Made by a program: the position numbers and the translations under genes. A DNA stretch of 64,000 nt from Chrysomallon squamiferum (Eukaryota; Animalia; Mollusca): positions 9,114,001 through 9,178,000 of the forward strand of contig CM022669.1 in assembly GCA_012295275.1 (NCBI GenBank), in the 5' to 3' direction. This document shows, one piece after another, positions 47,224-64,000 of this stretch (its first letter is position 1; each line of letters starts with the position of its first letter). The notes below the pieces were generated by a model. That model made no database searches. It saw nothing but the letters and a program-made list of their open reading frames with translations, and was not told the DNA's origin.

Positions 47224-48695
47224 ATATATATATATATATATCTGACAGGTTTTGATTATCGTTTCCATATTTTCGCCTTCTTTTATCTGTCTTCCCATGT
47301 GGTTTTCTTTCAGATAAACGTTTCATACAAATGACAAAAGATGTAAGTGGTATAATGTTTTCTTCTAAAAAAAAAACAAACAAAATCTAATTAATTAACT
47401 AACTCACTAACTAACTGTATAATCTAATTTATTATATTATAATACAATATAATGTAATTTGATATATAATATAAAAATATAACATAATAATATATTAGAA
47501 TGATATAATACAAAAATATATAATATAATATAATATAATATAACATAAGAAATATATAATATAATAATAACAGTAATATAATATAATGTGTGATATATGA
47601 AATATATAATATAATATGATATGATACAATAATAACAACAGGAAAATGATGAAGATGACAGCGATGAAGAACATGAAAAACATTAAACGTTCTTTGTAAT
47701 TCTCTCGATGAACACCGAAACTAAACCAAGAAAATCCTGCATAAATGAAATTTCAGTGTCATCACACCATCATCGACGTCGTCGTCATCATCATCATCAT
47801 CTTCTTCGTCGTCGTGTTTCTCCTTTTAAATCACATTTAACTTTCAGCTATTGTTGCTTTTCCTCCTCCTGTAGCTATCCGTTCTCTTCAGAGCACCAGC
47901 TTTTTTATTATCCTGTTCTAACCGCATCTCCGTTAACGGTTACTTATCGTTCCTGACTTCTTGATTCTCGGCGGGGTGTTGTTCACGCAGGTGCGATGAC
48001 GTAACAGTGCGCCGCAGACTGTCGTTCTGATAAAATAAATGTGACGTCTCATTCGCTTAGTGTCCGTTAGTAACCGAGAACGCGATGTTATCAACCGATG
48101 TTGAACCAGTTAATTACGTCTCGAGAAACGCATTGTTTTCGTAACGAACACCATCAAGAATGTTTTCTGCTTCACGCAGGGATGGGCCTGTTTGTGTCAC
48201 AAGTTTTTCACCCACGAAAAGCAGCTGACGCTTCGAAAGTATTGCCCGTGTGGCTGTGATCCTTATTGGGGTCCTAACAAATGCTGTGACAACTGCGGCT
48301 GTTTCCATGGCGACAGTCAGCTTGTACTCGAATGCGGGTTAGAGGTAAAAATGAGAGACATTGTGGCAGGCAGTAAGATTCTAACAGGTAAAATGTATTT
48401 TTGTTGTTTTTTTTTTATTGTTTTTGTTTATTCATTTACTTAAGTCACCGGTGTTTTATTAATAGGCATTTCGGTCAAAACTAAGCAGAGTAGCGAACAG
48501 CAGCAACAACAACAACAACAACAATATGAACACAACAACAACAACAATAATAATAAATGAAAAAGAAATTTCATAAATCATATTCTGACTGACATATAAT
48601 AGCTAACGTAATTCAGTGTGAATTGTAGTACAGAAAAAGTTATTAATGACAAATACAGCCATAACAATACCATCAACAAGAAGAGAGAGAGGAGA

Positions 48696-48783
<88 letters not shown>

Positions 48784-49807
48784 ATGACAACCTAATAATT
48801 ATCTATTAACATTGATTTTGATTTTTATATGAAAACATGAGTTAACAATAATCAACGTTTCCGTTTTTCGTTTTTGTTTACTTATGTTTAGAAAATCTGC
48901 TTTTCAGTGGAAAACGGTAAGAGAATATTTTCAGAAGTGAAAACTTTCATAAAACGACAGCCACACAGCAATGCCAACTTATCGAACGTTGACAACAGAA
49001 AACGGAAATCAGATCACCATGACAGACGACCATCTGATATTTGTGTCTAAGAACAACAGATCCACTGAAATGCAAGCTAGGTTTGTATTATATGAGTATT
49101 TTCACGTGTGTGCGGGTGTGTATGCGTGAGCGCGTTTTGCTTTTATACACATACAGATACACATACATATACATACATAAATACATACATACACACAACT
49201 TCTTCTTCAGTGGCATTTGCTTCACTGATGACGTCTGTCTGTTTATTTAAATTAGATTTTCGATGGAAGTGGAAGCAGGTGATTACATTTTCACATCACA
49301 ATACTGTTCTACTGATGTCTGTCCAGACAGAGTCGTACAAATATCTTTGTCACAGAAACAAGGTACTACTACTACTACTACTACTACTACTAATAATAAT
49401 AATAATAACAACAACAACAGCAACAACAATAACCATAGCAATAATAATAATGACAACAACAACAACAACAACAATAATAATAATAATCATTATAATAACA
49501 ACAACGACAATAATAATTGTATAAATAATAGTAGTAGTAGTTTGTAGTAACACACACAAATGTTGTCTACGCATCGTGTACAGGTTTGTACGTACCAGTC
49601 ACAGAGACAGGAACTCTTGTCGTTGATGGAATTTTTGCTTCATGTTATGGTTTCGTCGATCACGACTTTGAACACTTCATCCTCAGTCCATTCCGCTGGT
49701 TTCCGTGGCTACTGGAACCTTGGCAAGAAGACGGATCTAGTCCAATAATAGAAGGAATGAGATATCTGGGTACGTTGCTGATTCCTGGAAATGTCGACAC
49801 TAAATGA
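46623..49807 (+). CDS. Gene 1: paralogous 8-Cys peptide-Hint/Hog gene with a 1-nt frameshift (recent pseudogene or assembly indel)
   Basis: Well-supported exons: 48180-48387 (GWACLCHKFFTHEKQLTLRKYCPCGCDPYWGPNKCCDNCG|CFHGDSQLVLECGLEVKMRDIVAGSKILT), 48908-49080 (173 nt vs 172 in gene 2; extra A at ~48976), 49256-49362 (107 nt as in gene 2), 49584-49807 (GLYVPVTETGTLVVDGIFASCYGFVDHDFEH...). Probable 5' exons: 46623-46664 (MTFSFLYLAVF..., 1 nt short of phase), 47041-47091 (LYNWALSVKSGKMRIK), 47314-47342 (NKRFIQMTKD, 29 nt like gene 2 exon 3). Confidence 0.78.
46685..46970. repeat. Degenerate ~39-bp tandem repeat with a (G)GTAAACATT core
   Basis: Core recurs at ~46713, 46752, 46790, 46830, 46869, 46896, mostly ~39 nt apart. 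Confidence 0.55.
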
Positions 49808-49854
49808 ATTCCCTGTATTGTGTTGTTTTTTCTTTATTTCTTTATTTATTTTTG

Positions 49855-49937
<83 letters not shown>

Positions 49938-50265
49938 ACCTTAGAGACGATGCCAAATCGCCTGGCATTTCTAAGCAGGATTTGTTCGTTACTTTTGCTT
50001 GAGATATGAAAATAACAAAATACAAGTAAAATTTGGAGAACAAAAAAATAAAGGTAATAAATGTAACAAATCACGATAGTGTAGATTTACACAGTATTAT
50101 TTATTTTTGGGATATTTATCTTTCATTTTTGTAAACGCCAAATTAAGCAGAAATTCTGACACTAACTAAATAGTCCATACACAAATCTGACAGCTTTGTA
50201 AGAATAGTAATTGACAACTTTATGCATGAATGTAAAAACATACAACTATCAATTACTCGCCAAAA

Positions 50266-50320
<55 letters not shown>

Positions 50321-50483
50321 AATAAAAATAAAAATAAATAAATAAATATTTTCATAAACATAAAATATATATAAACAACCAATAAATTACACATGATAGA
50401 CCTATACAAACAAACAAACGAACAACAACAACAACACAAAAAAACAGGAATAAATAAATGCGTAAATAAATAAATAAATAAAT

Positions 50484-50528
<45 letters not shown>

Positions 50529-50702
50529 AAAACAACAAAACAACAACAAAAATAAATAAATAAATAATTTACTCAAAACCCAAACACGAACAACAAAACA
50601 AAAAATAAACAAAAACGAACAAGACCCAAAACAAGAACAACAAAACAAAACAATATCAATAAATAAACAAAAAGTTAAGATGCTAAACGGATTGTTTTGT
50701 TA

Positions 50703-51030
50703 TTGTAAACACAGAGACTGTTATTTGTTTTACAGTTATATCAGTGTGTTGTAAACACAGAGATTGTTTTACAGTTATATCAGTGTGTTGTAAACACAGA
50801 GACTGTTTTACAGTTATATCAGTGTGTGTTGTAAACACAGAGACTGTTTTACAGTTATATCAGTGTGTGTTGTAAACACAGAGACTGTTTTACAGTTATA
50901 TCAGTGTGTGTTGTAAACACAGAGACTGTTTTACAGTTATATCAGTGTGTGTTGTAAACACAGAAATTGTTTTACACAGTTATATCAGTGTGTTGTTAAC
51001 ACAGATTGTTTTATACAATTATATCAGTGT
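50703..51030. repeat. ~35-39 bp minisatellite, about 8 units
   Basis: Unit tgtaaacacagagactgttttacagttatatcagtgtg(tg)t. Confidence 0.9.
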
Positions 51031-51451
51031 AAAAACAGATATTGTTTTATACATGAAAGTTTAACTGTGTAAGGAAAGTTTATAACAACTTTGTTCAGAA
51101 ATATCGTCCTTTCCTTTCCATATTTTATTTCAGTGTTGACGACTAAAACAGTGCAAACGTAACATTTCTATAATTCATTCGCTTTCTATTTTTATTTCTT
51201 ATCACTCAGTACAATCCAGACTGATATGTATTCGCTGTATCAATTTAAAAAGTGTGTGTATAAATCTGCTAATACTGATTTGATATCTGCTAAGAAAGAA
51301 ATGATAAAACAGGGTTCACTGGTTTGAACATTTGTTACATGCAAACTGGGACGAGCATGTAGTATATAATATCTCTTTTCTCTGTTACCTATTAAAGAAT
51401 ATCCTCTTTCATGAATAATATAATAACTATTTCAGTTATATGTCACATACA

Positions 51452-51517
<66 letters not shown>

Positions 51518-51773
51518 CATACATACATATATATACATACATACATAATCACACGGTACATACGTAGATACATTTGGATATGCACACAGAGATTCAGTAA
51601 TGATATTTATACATACTGCTATATGTATATATTAGTATATATGTATACATACCTACATATATTTACACCATCACACCCCTTTCATATGTATATATAGAGA
51701 GCCATAAATTTCATTTCGCATTTGTAATTTTCATGTTCACCTTCTACAGAATAAAAAGTATAAAATATCTGAC

Positions 51774-51834
<61 letters not shown>

Positions 51835-51995
51835 GAGATAGATACACTTACGCACATAAACACATACAGACACACAGACACATATATAGACTTACAGACA
51901 GATATCAAGATAAATAAACAGACAGATAGACAGAACGATAGATAAAGAGATACAGATAAACACATTTTATACACATTCTTACACAAACACATACA

Positions 51996-52275
51996 GACAA
52001 AGAATGGCGTGCTTCGTGGGAAGCGATGATTACCCTCGGTTATTGAGCAAACGATTTTTTTTTAAGGTTGTCTCGATGGCCGAACGGTAAGATCGTCAGC
52101 CTTCGGAGTGCGGGCGAACGAGTGTCGTAAGTTCGAGTCTCGTCAGCGGCATCTGACGGGTTTTTTGAGATCGTGATTGGACTTTGTCATCCTGCGCCAG
52201 TGCGTTCTCGAATATTGTCTATGTGCAGAGACCAGTGAGACCTACTTAAGACAGAGAATGTTCAAAATCCTAAAC
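51996..52275 (+). mobile_element. tRNA-derived SINE-like element (family A) with a 5' extension
   Basis: A box TGGCCGAACGG (52077-52087), B box GTTCGAGTC (52131-52139), 3' end ...aatcctaaa followed by TACA/TAGA-type repeats; four related copies in the window. Confidence 0.8.
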
Positions 52276-52772
52276 TACATAAACACATAGATAGATAGAT
52301 AGATAGATGGATAGATATAGAGAGAGCAAGATAGATGAACAGAGAGATAGTTAGGTGGATAGATAGATAGATAGATAGACAGACAGATAGAAAAACGGAT
52401 AGAGAAATATCATTTGTTAAAGTAGTAAATATTTCAAGTCAAGTTATTACGAGTTAGCGGTTGTCATTTGTCATTTGGAGATTATCATCATCAAAATTAT
52501 AACAAATCGTATCATTCTACCATTTACCATTAAAATATAAGTAAATTTTAGAAACCAGTATATATATTTGTAACGTACCTTTCAGGGAAAAACAACAACA
52601 AAATAAACAAAAAACATTCTAATTTTAATTAAGGAAATCAATTTGTTGACATCCAAACTGCCTCTAGAATGTAAAATACGCGAATTTTAATAGGCGCAGG
52701 CATGTCATACCTGAATACGTAGACACTTTTATGTTTTTATTATGTTATTATTTACGATTCTGTCAAATGTTT

Positions 52773-52779
52773 TATAAAA
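52773..52779 (+). promoter_or_regulatory. Putative TATA box, gene 2
   Basis: TATAAAA 70 nt upstream of the ATG; retained upstream of gene 3 (61456-61462). Weak signal in AT-rich DNA. Confidence 0.4.
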
Positions 52780-52842
52780 TAAAACTTGGTTCATTAATTT
52801 TCAACATAAATACAAGTCACCATATCAACAACGCAGGAAAAG

Positions 52843-57584
<4,742 letters not shown>

Positions 57585-58049
57585 TCTCGGTTTTTATTTT
57601 TTGGGTATGTCTTGATAATGATGAAGAGATACGAAATAAAACAGATATCTGAGAAAGTCATCCGGTTGGTCTCTAATTTTTGACTTAATGAGGGAACAAT
57701 AAGTTCAAATTTACATGCTGTTTCACATTTATACTTGGTGAGGTACTTAGCTGCATGAAGACCTATGGTCCTTCTTATTTTTCTAAAAATGACACAAGCT
57801 GGTCTCATAAAACATGAAACAAATATATTAACTGTTTAATAGCAAAGTGAAAAATACAAATTATTTTCAAGTGCTCGACGGCATCAATAGACATAAGCTC
57901 AGTCTTACAATCTGATGGGATTATAATCTCGTCAACGGCATCTGACTTGGTCTGTGACGTTAGTATGTAAAAAAATCCTCACAAAGAAAAAATTAAATTA
58001 AATTTAAAAAAAGGAAAAGAATTTCAGATGCATGCATACAATTACGAAA

Positions 58050-58295
58050 GACAAAACGAACGGTGTGCTTCGTGGGAAGCGATGTCTACCCTTGAAAACT
58101 GAGGAACCATTCTAGGTTTGTCTCGGTTGCCGAACGGAAACGTTGTCTGGCTTCGGAGTGCGAATGGGTGCCATACGTTCGAGTCTCGGCGGGGTTAGTA
58201 AGATCGTGATTGGACGTAGCCGTCCTGCGCCAATGTCTATGTACAGAGGCGGAGAATATTCAAATCCTAACATAGATACATACATATACATACAT
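58050..58295 (+). mobile_element. SINE-like family A copy, internally deleted
   Basis: gcttcgtgggaagcgatg...gccgaacgg...cttcggagtgcg...gttcgagtctcg...gatcgtgattggac...aatcctaac; ~250 bp upstream of the duplication junction. Confidence 0.75.
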
Positions 58296-58724
58296 GCAGA
58301 ACATAGAGAAACCAGAACCAACTCTCCCGATGTCAGCCACTCAAATGAGAAACAAGATATTCAATGCCTCGTGAATTCCAGGTCTTTACGAGAACGCACG
58401 AATAACGTCCATTCCAAACTGTGCGAGAAAACATTTCACTTCACAAGAAGTTGAAAATACTGTGAGGACAGACACGGACGTAGTGTGACAAATGTGGTTT
58501 TGTTTATTTCTATACATTTATTTAAAGCATTTGCGACGTCTTCTTCTTCATTGGCATTTGCTTCATTGATGACGTCTTATGTACTTACGACTTGTAACTT
58601 GTACGGATGTTTCAACCGAACCATGTTGTAAATCGAGTCGTGGCTGTACGCTCTCTGAACTTCAGTTTATCGAATGTCACGTTTGTAGTAACACACACAA
58701 ATGTAGTTTATGCATCGTGTACAG

Positions 58725-58930
58725 GTTTGTACGTACCAGTCACAGAGACAGGAACTCTTGTTGTCGATGGAATTTTAGCTTCATGTCATGGTTTCGTTGA
58801 TCACGACTTTGAACACTTCATCCTCGCTCTATTCCGCTGGTTTCCGTGGCTACTGGAACCTTGGCAAGAAGACGGATATAGTCCAATAATAGAAGGAATG
58901 AGATATCTGGGTACGTTGCTGATTCCTTGA
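58725..58930 (+). pseudogene. Orphan duplicate of the gene 1 terminal exon (C-terminal Hint + SRR-like tail); possibly an alternative last exon of gene 2
   Basis: Intact acceptor gtgtacag|GTTTGTAC. GLYVPVTETGTLVVDGILASCHGFVDHDFEHFILALFRWFPWLLEPWQEDGYSPIIEGMRYLGTLLIP*. Near-identical to 49584-49807, with GGA>TGA removing the last 6 residues. Confidence 0.75.
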
Positions 58931-61455
58931 AATGTCGACACAAAATGAAATCCCTATAATATGTTGTTTTCTTTTATTTGTTCATTTATTGTTATTCTTG
59001 TTGGTGTTGCTGTTGTTGTTGTTCTTCTTCTTCTTCGTCTTCTTCTTCTTCTTATTATTATTACTAAATATTTATTTATTTATTATTGTTTATTTGTTTA
59101 TTATGAATTTGTCAGGAAACGACATTTATACATTTTTTGTTATAAATGAGTTGTGCTAGGTACAGCGATAATTTTGTCAAATGTTATTAAATTTGAGCTA
59201 TTACTTTACATTTAAAGTAACTTTAATTTAAACTATTTAAATCTGGTTTATTTTTAGTTTCGGCTCTTTGTTTTTACCCTTGGACACTGTTTCCCTTACA
59301 ACATAAATGTTTAACTGTGTAAAGAAAGTTCATAATAACTTGCTTCAGTAGTTTTTTTTTCTCTTCCTTCCAATATTTTATTTCTGTGTTCTATAATGTT
59401 CACGACTAAAACAGTACCTACGTAACATTTCTATAATTCGTTCGTTTGTCTCTTTTTTATTTCTTATCACTCAGTACAATCCAGACTGATATGTATTCGT
59501 TGTATCTATTTAAAAAGTGTGTGTAAAATCTACTAATACTGATTTGATATCTGCTAAGAATGAAATGATAAAACAGGGTACACTGGTTTGAACATTTGTT
59601 ACATGCAAACTGGGACGAGTATGTAGTATGTAATTTCACTTTTTTCTCTGTTCTCTATTAAAGAATATCTTCTTTCATGTATAATATTATAACTATTTCA
59701 GTTATATCGTCACTTACGTTTTAAAATCTTAAAATCTTTACAATACCTTTTTCTTTTTTCTTTTTTTTTTCTTTTTTTTCTTTTTTTGGACGTTTTTTAT
59801 ACTAAGCCGAAAATTAAATGTAATTCAGTTCCTCTTTTATGCCACATCAGAAAATATTTCATTTGATAGTTGGTGAAAGGTGAAGAAAGCGGCTCAGTCT
59901 TTCAAAGACACATTGCATTAATGAATCAATTTAAATGATTATATCTACATTGTGACGAAGGATAGAAAAATAAAACAATGGTTATCTAAAATTAAGACAG
60001 ACACTGTTATTCAGCCAAGAGAGATTTAATTATGTATTGGGTTCTTAGACAGAAAAAATATCATAGTAACTGAAACCAGTCGACGAAGTAAAGTGTGTAA
60101 AATAGTCTTACTCCGTCCTTGCTCTGTAGAAGACAGATTAGAGTTGTTGCCAGACAAAAATGTCACGATTATTTAAACTACACTTTTTTTTCTTACACAG
60201 AAAGTCTTTTCTAATGACAAAACCTTTTAACGAATTATTTAAAATACAGGAGATACACAAAGGAAGCGTACTTACTTCTTATAAACACAATAGACATTCG
60301 TTTCTTAGGCTGACACTAAACAATTTTATAACGCAATGTAGCAAATCCTTCTTATTTATGTATTTCCCATTCAGAGTTGCCAGATTAAGCACACATTTGG
60401 CCTTGTTTTGTACTGTAATGTCAGGTTTCAGAACAAATATTCCAGAATCTTTTGAACGCTGATGCATCCTGTACTGTTTTAGTTACGTTCTCCTTGCACA
60501 GTTTGTGATACACGTTGATCGCATTCAGCGTGATTGATGTGAGGTGACCGCCCTCTAGCTCTCTCTGCCAAACCCTGACAACAGAGACAACTCAGAGAAC
60601 CATGTGAATGACTGTTATTTCTGCCTTGAAGAAAAGGAAAAATAAATATGATATCAGAAATCCACAAAATCCATCGCCTATTGGCCCTGAACCGCACTCT
60701 GTCGTCAGCCCACTAAAGATCTTCAGAGTGAAGGCGATTATCTTAGGACCGGTGGTTCATGCAAATATGGTATCACTATGTAGCTACAGCGATCACATAC
60801 ATATTTACATGCATACATATACAATCATAAATACATACCTACAGATATACACACAAACACACAAACACACACACACACACCAATCATATACACCCTCACA
60901 AACACACACACCACTTTTATATATTTAGAATCACAGACAGATAAACAGACAGTCAGACAGAAAACCGGATAGAGAGAAATAGTGTTTGTTAAAGTAGTAA
61001 ATATTTCAAGTCAAGTTATTGCGAGGTAGCAGCTGTCATTTGGAGGCAGATAGTAATAATAATAATTATTATGCTGTTGTTGTTGCTGTTGTTACTACTA
61101 CTACTGGTACTCTTATTATTATTATTATTATCATCATCGTATCATTCTGCCAATATAAAATTAGTACATTTTAGAAACCAGTATATATTTGTAACATAAT
61201 TTTCGTGGGATCTGCGACGGACACGCCCACTGACCTGTCAGAAACCTGCCCGTCGTAGACGTGCTTCACAACAGCTTGTTCTGATTAGCACGTTCATTTT
61301 TTTCACTTCACTTCACTTCGTAGAAAAATGTTTAATTAAAAACATTAATTCTAATTAAGCCAATCTGTTAGTCTGACATAAAAACTGCCTCTAGAATGCA
61401 ATATAGACAGTTTTATGTTTTATTATGCCATTATTTACAATTTTGTCAAATGTTT

Positions 61456-61462
61456 TATAAAA
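61456..61462 (+). promoter_or_regulatory. Putative TATA box, gene 3
   Basis: TATAAAA at the position homologous to the gene 2 site. Confidence 0.4.
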
Positions 61463-61522
61463 AACTTGGTTCATTAATTTTCAGCACAAACACAAGTCAG
61501 CAGATCATCAACGCAGGAAAAG

Positions 61523-61581
61523 ATGAATGTGCTGCCTGTTTGTTTCATTACTTTACTATTCGCAGGTAAATATAAATGTAT

Positions 61582-61634
<53 letters not shown>

Positions 61635-62295
61635 TACACACATACACGTATATAGTTCTGTTTCATTCCTTTTTTTTTTCTTCTCTTCTTTTCTTTCAGA
61701 TCATTTTGATATGTAACGTTATTTCTGTTAAAATTTGAATTATATTTTTCTTTATCCCGGTGAATACAAAAATATCGTGTTGATTACACATTGCAAAATA
61801 TTTTCAGTTCGCTTTAGTATTTCTTAGAAGTGTGAATACGAAATAGAGATACACTCTATTCATTTACAATAAAATTTTGATCCACTTTAAAATATGGACT
61901 GTCCCGTTTGCTACTGTAAAACTGAAGCTACAGTAATAAATTAATATTACGTTTTATCTGTAATAATAATGTATTGTCATTAATATTCACAGAATTTTGA
62001 TTATAATAACAGTTTTATTTGATGACTCAGTTTTAGGAACGGTACAAGATAACAAGAGGTTCAGAAAAAGTGGTTAGTGTCAATGTTTGTTTTGTATTAT
62101 CTCTTTATCTGTCTGTGTGTATGTTATTCTGTCCTTTCTTCTTTCTCATTTGTTTCTATTTGTTTTCTTCTCCGCGTCTCTCTCATGTCTTTTTTTTTAT
62201 TCAGTTTCTGTTTTTCTCTCTTCTTGTATCTTTCTTTGTTTCTCTATGAATTTCTTTCACTTTCTGTGTTTACGTCTTCATCTCTTTCTAAATTA

Positions 62296-62368
<73 letters not shown>

Positions 62369-62402
62369 TGTATATATTATATGTGTATATATGTGTACGT
62401 AG

Positions 62403-62453
<51 letters not shown>

Positions 62454-62650
62454 TGTGATGTTTATAAACTCAAAGAAGATAATTCTGTGTTTATTTCAGC
62501 ACGACTGATTGGACGGAAAAGAAGTGTTTGTAAATGTTGATTGTTCAGATTTTGAGATGGTTGCTGAATTGTAACTGTTTCAAAATTTAATGTCACCAGA
62601 ACTGCTACTACTACTACTACTACTTCTACTACTACTACTACTACTACTAT

Positions 62651-62694
<44 letters not shown>

Positions 62695-62863
62695 TGAAAA
62701 CCTGTTTTAAGACCAAGCTAATGCGTCCAGTCTTTATTTCTTTCCTTTCGTCTTTCTTCCGTCGTTTTTTCTTTCTGTTTCTGATGTTGTTTAGTGAACA
62801 CTGAATGACGCGTGAATTCTGGATATGACATGTGCACGTGTGTATGTTGTTCTGTGTGCGCGC

Positions 62864-62902
<39 letters not shown>

Positions 62903-63342
62903 TGTGTATGTTAGGCTGTGTGTGTGTGTGTGTGCGTGCAAGGTAAAATGTTGTATTTATTATTATTTAATTCAGGGACATTCCTGTTAATCTTTATTTG
63001 AAATGCTTAATTATTGTTTTCAGGATTCTCAATATTATTGTTGCTATTATTATTATTATTATTACTACTACCATTACTACTATTACTTTATTTATTTATT
63101 TGTTTATTATTATTATCAGGTAGTACCTTATAATTATTGTGCGTGTACCTTGAATGGGGCGAAAATGTACTCACCCAAAGATTCGTGTGAGTGCGGCTGT
63201 GAAGAAAGTTACGAGACAGAAGATAAGTGCTGTAAAGCATGTGAACACAGTAGTTGTTTCCATGGTGACAGTGAAGTTGTGCTAGCAGACGGGTCGGTGT
63301 TGAAAATGAAGGATCTTGCTGCTGGACGGAAGATTCTGACTG
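61523..63342 (+). CDS. Gene 3: paralogous 8-Cys peptide-Hint gene, 5' part only (continues beyond the window)
   Basis: Exons 61523-61565, 62031-62072, 62500-62525, 63120-63342 give MNVLPVCFITLLFAVLG TVQDNKRFRKSARLIGRKR SVVPYNYCACTLNGAKMYSPKDSCECGCEESYETEDKCCKACEHSS|CFHGDSEVVLADGSVLKMKDLAAGRKILT. Intron phases match gene 2, and the window ends inside the intron-4 minisatellite. Confidence 0.85.
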
Positions 63343-63699
63343 GTGAGTAAATTACGTGCCTCGTCGCTAAGTGAAGATCCTGATTATTCGTTTCTGAACT
63401 TTATTTTTTTTCCCCATCCACTGAAGTGATACCCAGAGGTACCTAGAAATAATGATGTTACCTGAACCTAACTCGCTGTCAGTACGTGCTTTCTGATGGA
63501 CGTAACTGTGTGATTGTGAACGTAACACGGTGTGTATATGGACATAGCTCAGAATGTTTGTGGACGTACCTCAGAATGTTTGTGGACGTAACTCAGTATG
63601 ATTGTGAACGAAACTCTGTTTGTCGAGGTAACTATATATTTGTAGAGATAACAATATTTGTGGATATAACTCTGTCTGTGGAAGCACGTATGTACTATG

Positions 63700-63985
63700 A
63701 ATGACACTAAGCTATATTCTAGTTCTATGTTATATGGGTGATATAAACCTATGTTGATAGTTCTTTGTTATAAGAGTGATATTAAGCTATGTTGATAGTC
63801 CTATGTTGTGTGAGTGATATTAACCTATGTTGATAGTCCTATGTTATATGAGTGATATTAACCTGTGTTGATATATCTTTGTTATATGAGTGATATTAAC
63901 CTATGTTGATATTTCTAAGTTATATGACTGACACTAACCTATGTTGATAGTTCTTTGTTATCTGAGTGATATCGACCTGGTTTGA
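63700..63985. repeat. Diverged 38-bp minisatellite in gene 3 intron 4
   Basis: Unit gtgatattaacctatgttgatagt(c/t)ctatgttatatga, at the position homologous to 55222-55708. Confidence 0.85.
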
Positions 63986-64000
63986 TACTTTTGTGTTCTA

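Larger units (their letters stand above)
58540..64000 (+). repeat. Second unit of a ~9.3 kb tandem segmental duplication (copy of ~49199 onward)
   Basis: Colinear matches: 58540 vs 49199 (cttcttcttca.tggcatttgcttca), 58681-58950 vs 49540-49825, 59310-59705 vs 51060-51440, 60960-61570 vs 52392-52890, and gene 3 introns vs gene 2 introns. Confidence 0.85.

Noticed and set aside
47937-47990. Hydrophobic stretch FLILGGVLFTQ before a GT as the gene 1 signal exon
   Set aside because: In-frame TAA at 47934-47936 with no ATG or acceptor after it; better candidates exist at 46623-47342.
50703-51030. CRISPR array
   Set aside because: Head-to-tail units without unique spacers, in eukaryotic DNA; the same applies to 55222-55708.
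52066-52150. Functional tRNA gene
   Set aside because: A/B boxes are present but the cloverleaf pairing looks poor, and the sequence runs into a shared repeat body found in four diverged copies.
58607-58724. N-terminal part of ORF 58607-58930 as coding
   Set aside because: It reads through intron-derived sequence upstream of the conserved acceptor; only 58725 onward is homologous to the Hint exon. The same applies to 43395-43563 and 63003-63119.

Overview
AT-rich, microsatellite-dense animal DNA, probably lophotrochozoan/mollusc (weak inference from Nin-SINE-like remnants). In the first ~42 kb I find no supportable protein-coding exons, only simple repeats, SINE-like elements, local duplications and several higher-complexity islands that look regulatory. 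From ~43 kb to the end lies a tandem cluster of spliced hedgehog-related (Hint/Hog domain) genes with no Hedge domain. Each encodes signal peptide - basic propeptide ending in KR - a 46-47 aa hypervariable 8-Cys peptide (CxC-x13-15-CxCGC-x8-9-CCxxC) - Hint autoprocessing domain starting CFHGDS - SRR-like tail. The cluster has one intact 7-exon gene (52843-57584, 282 aa), one copy with a 1-nt frameshift (~46623-49807), one copy cut by the window end (61523-), an inverted degenerate copy (43144-44287) and an orphan terminal exon (58725-58930) left by a ~9.3 kb tandem duplication. The Hint domains keep the residues for N-terminal self-cleavage but lack the Hedgehog cholesterol-transfer Asp and HWY motif. 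This suggests a diversifying family of secreted Cys-rich peptides released by Hint autoproteolysis. All gene models were spliced by hand and are untested.
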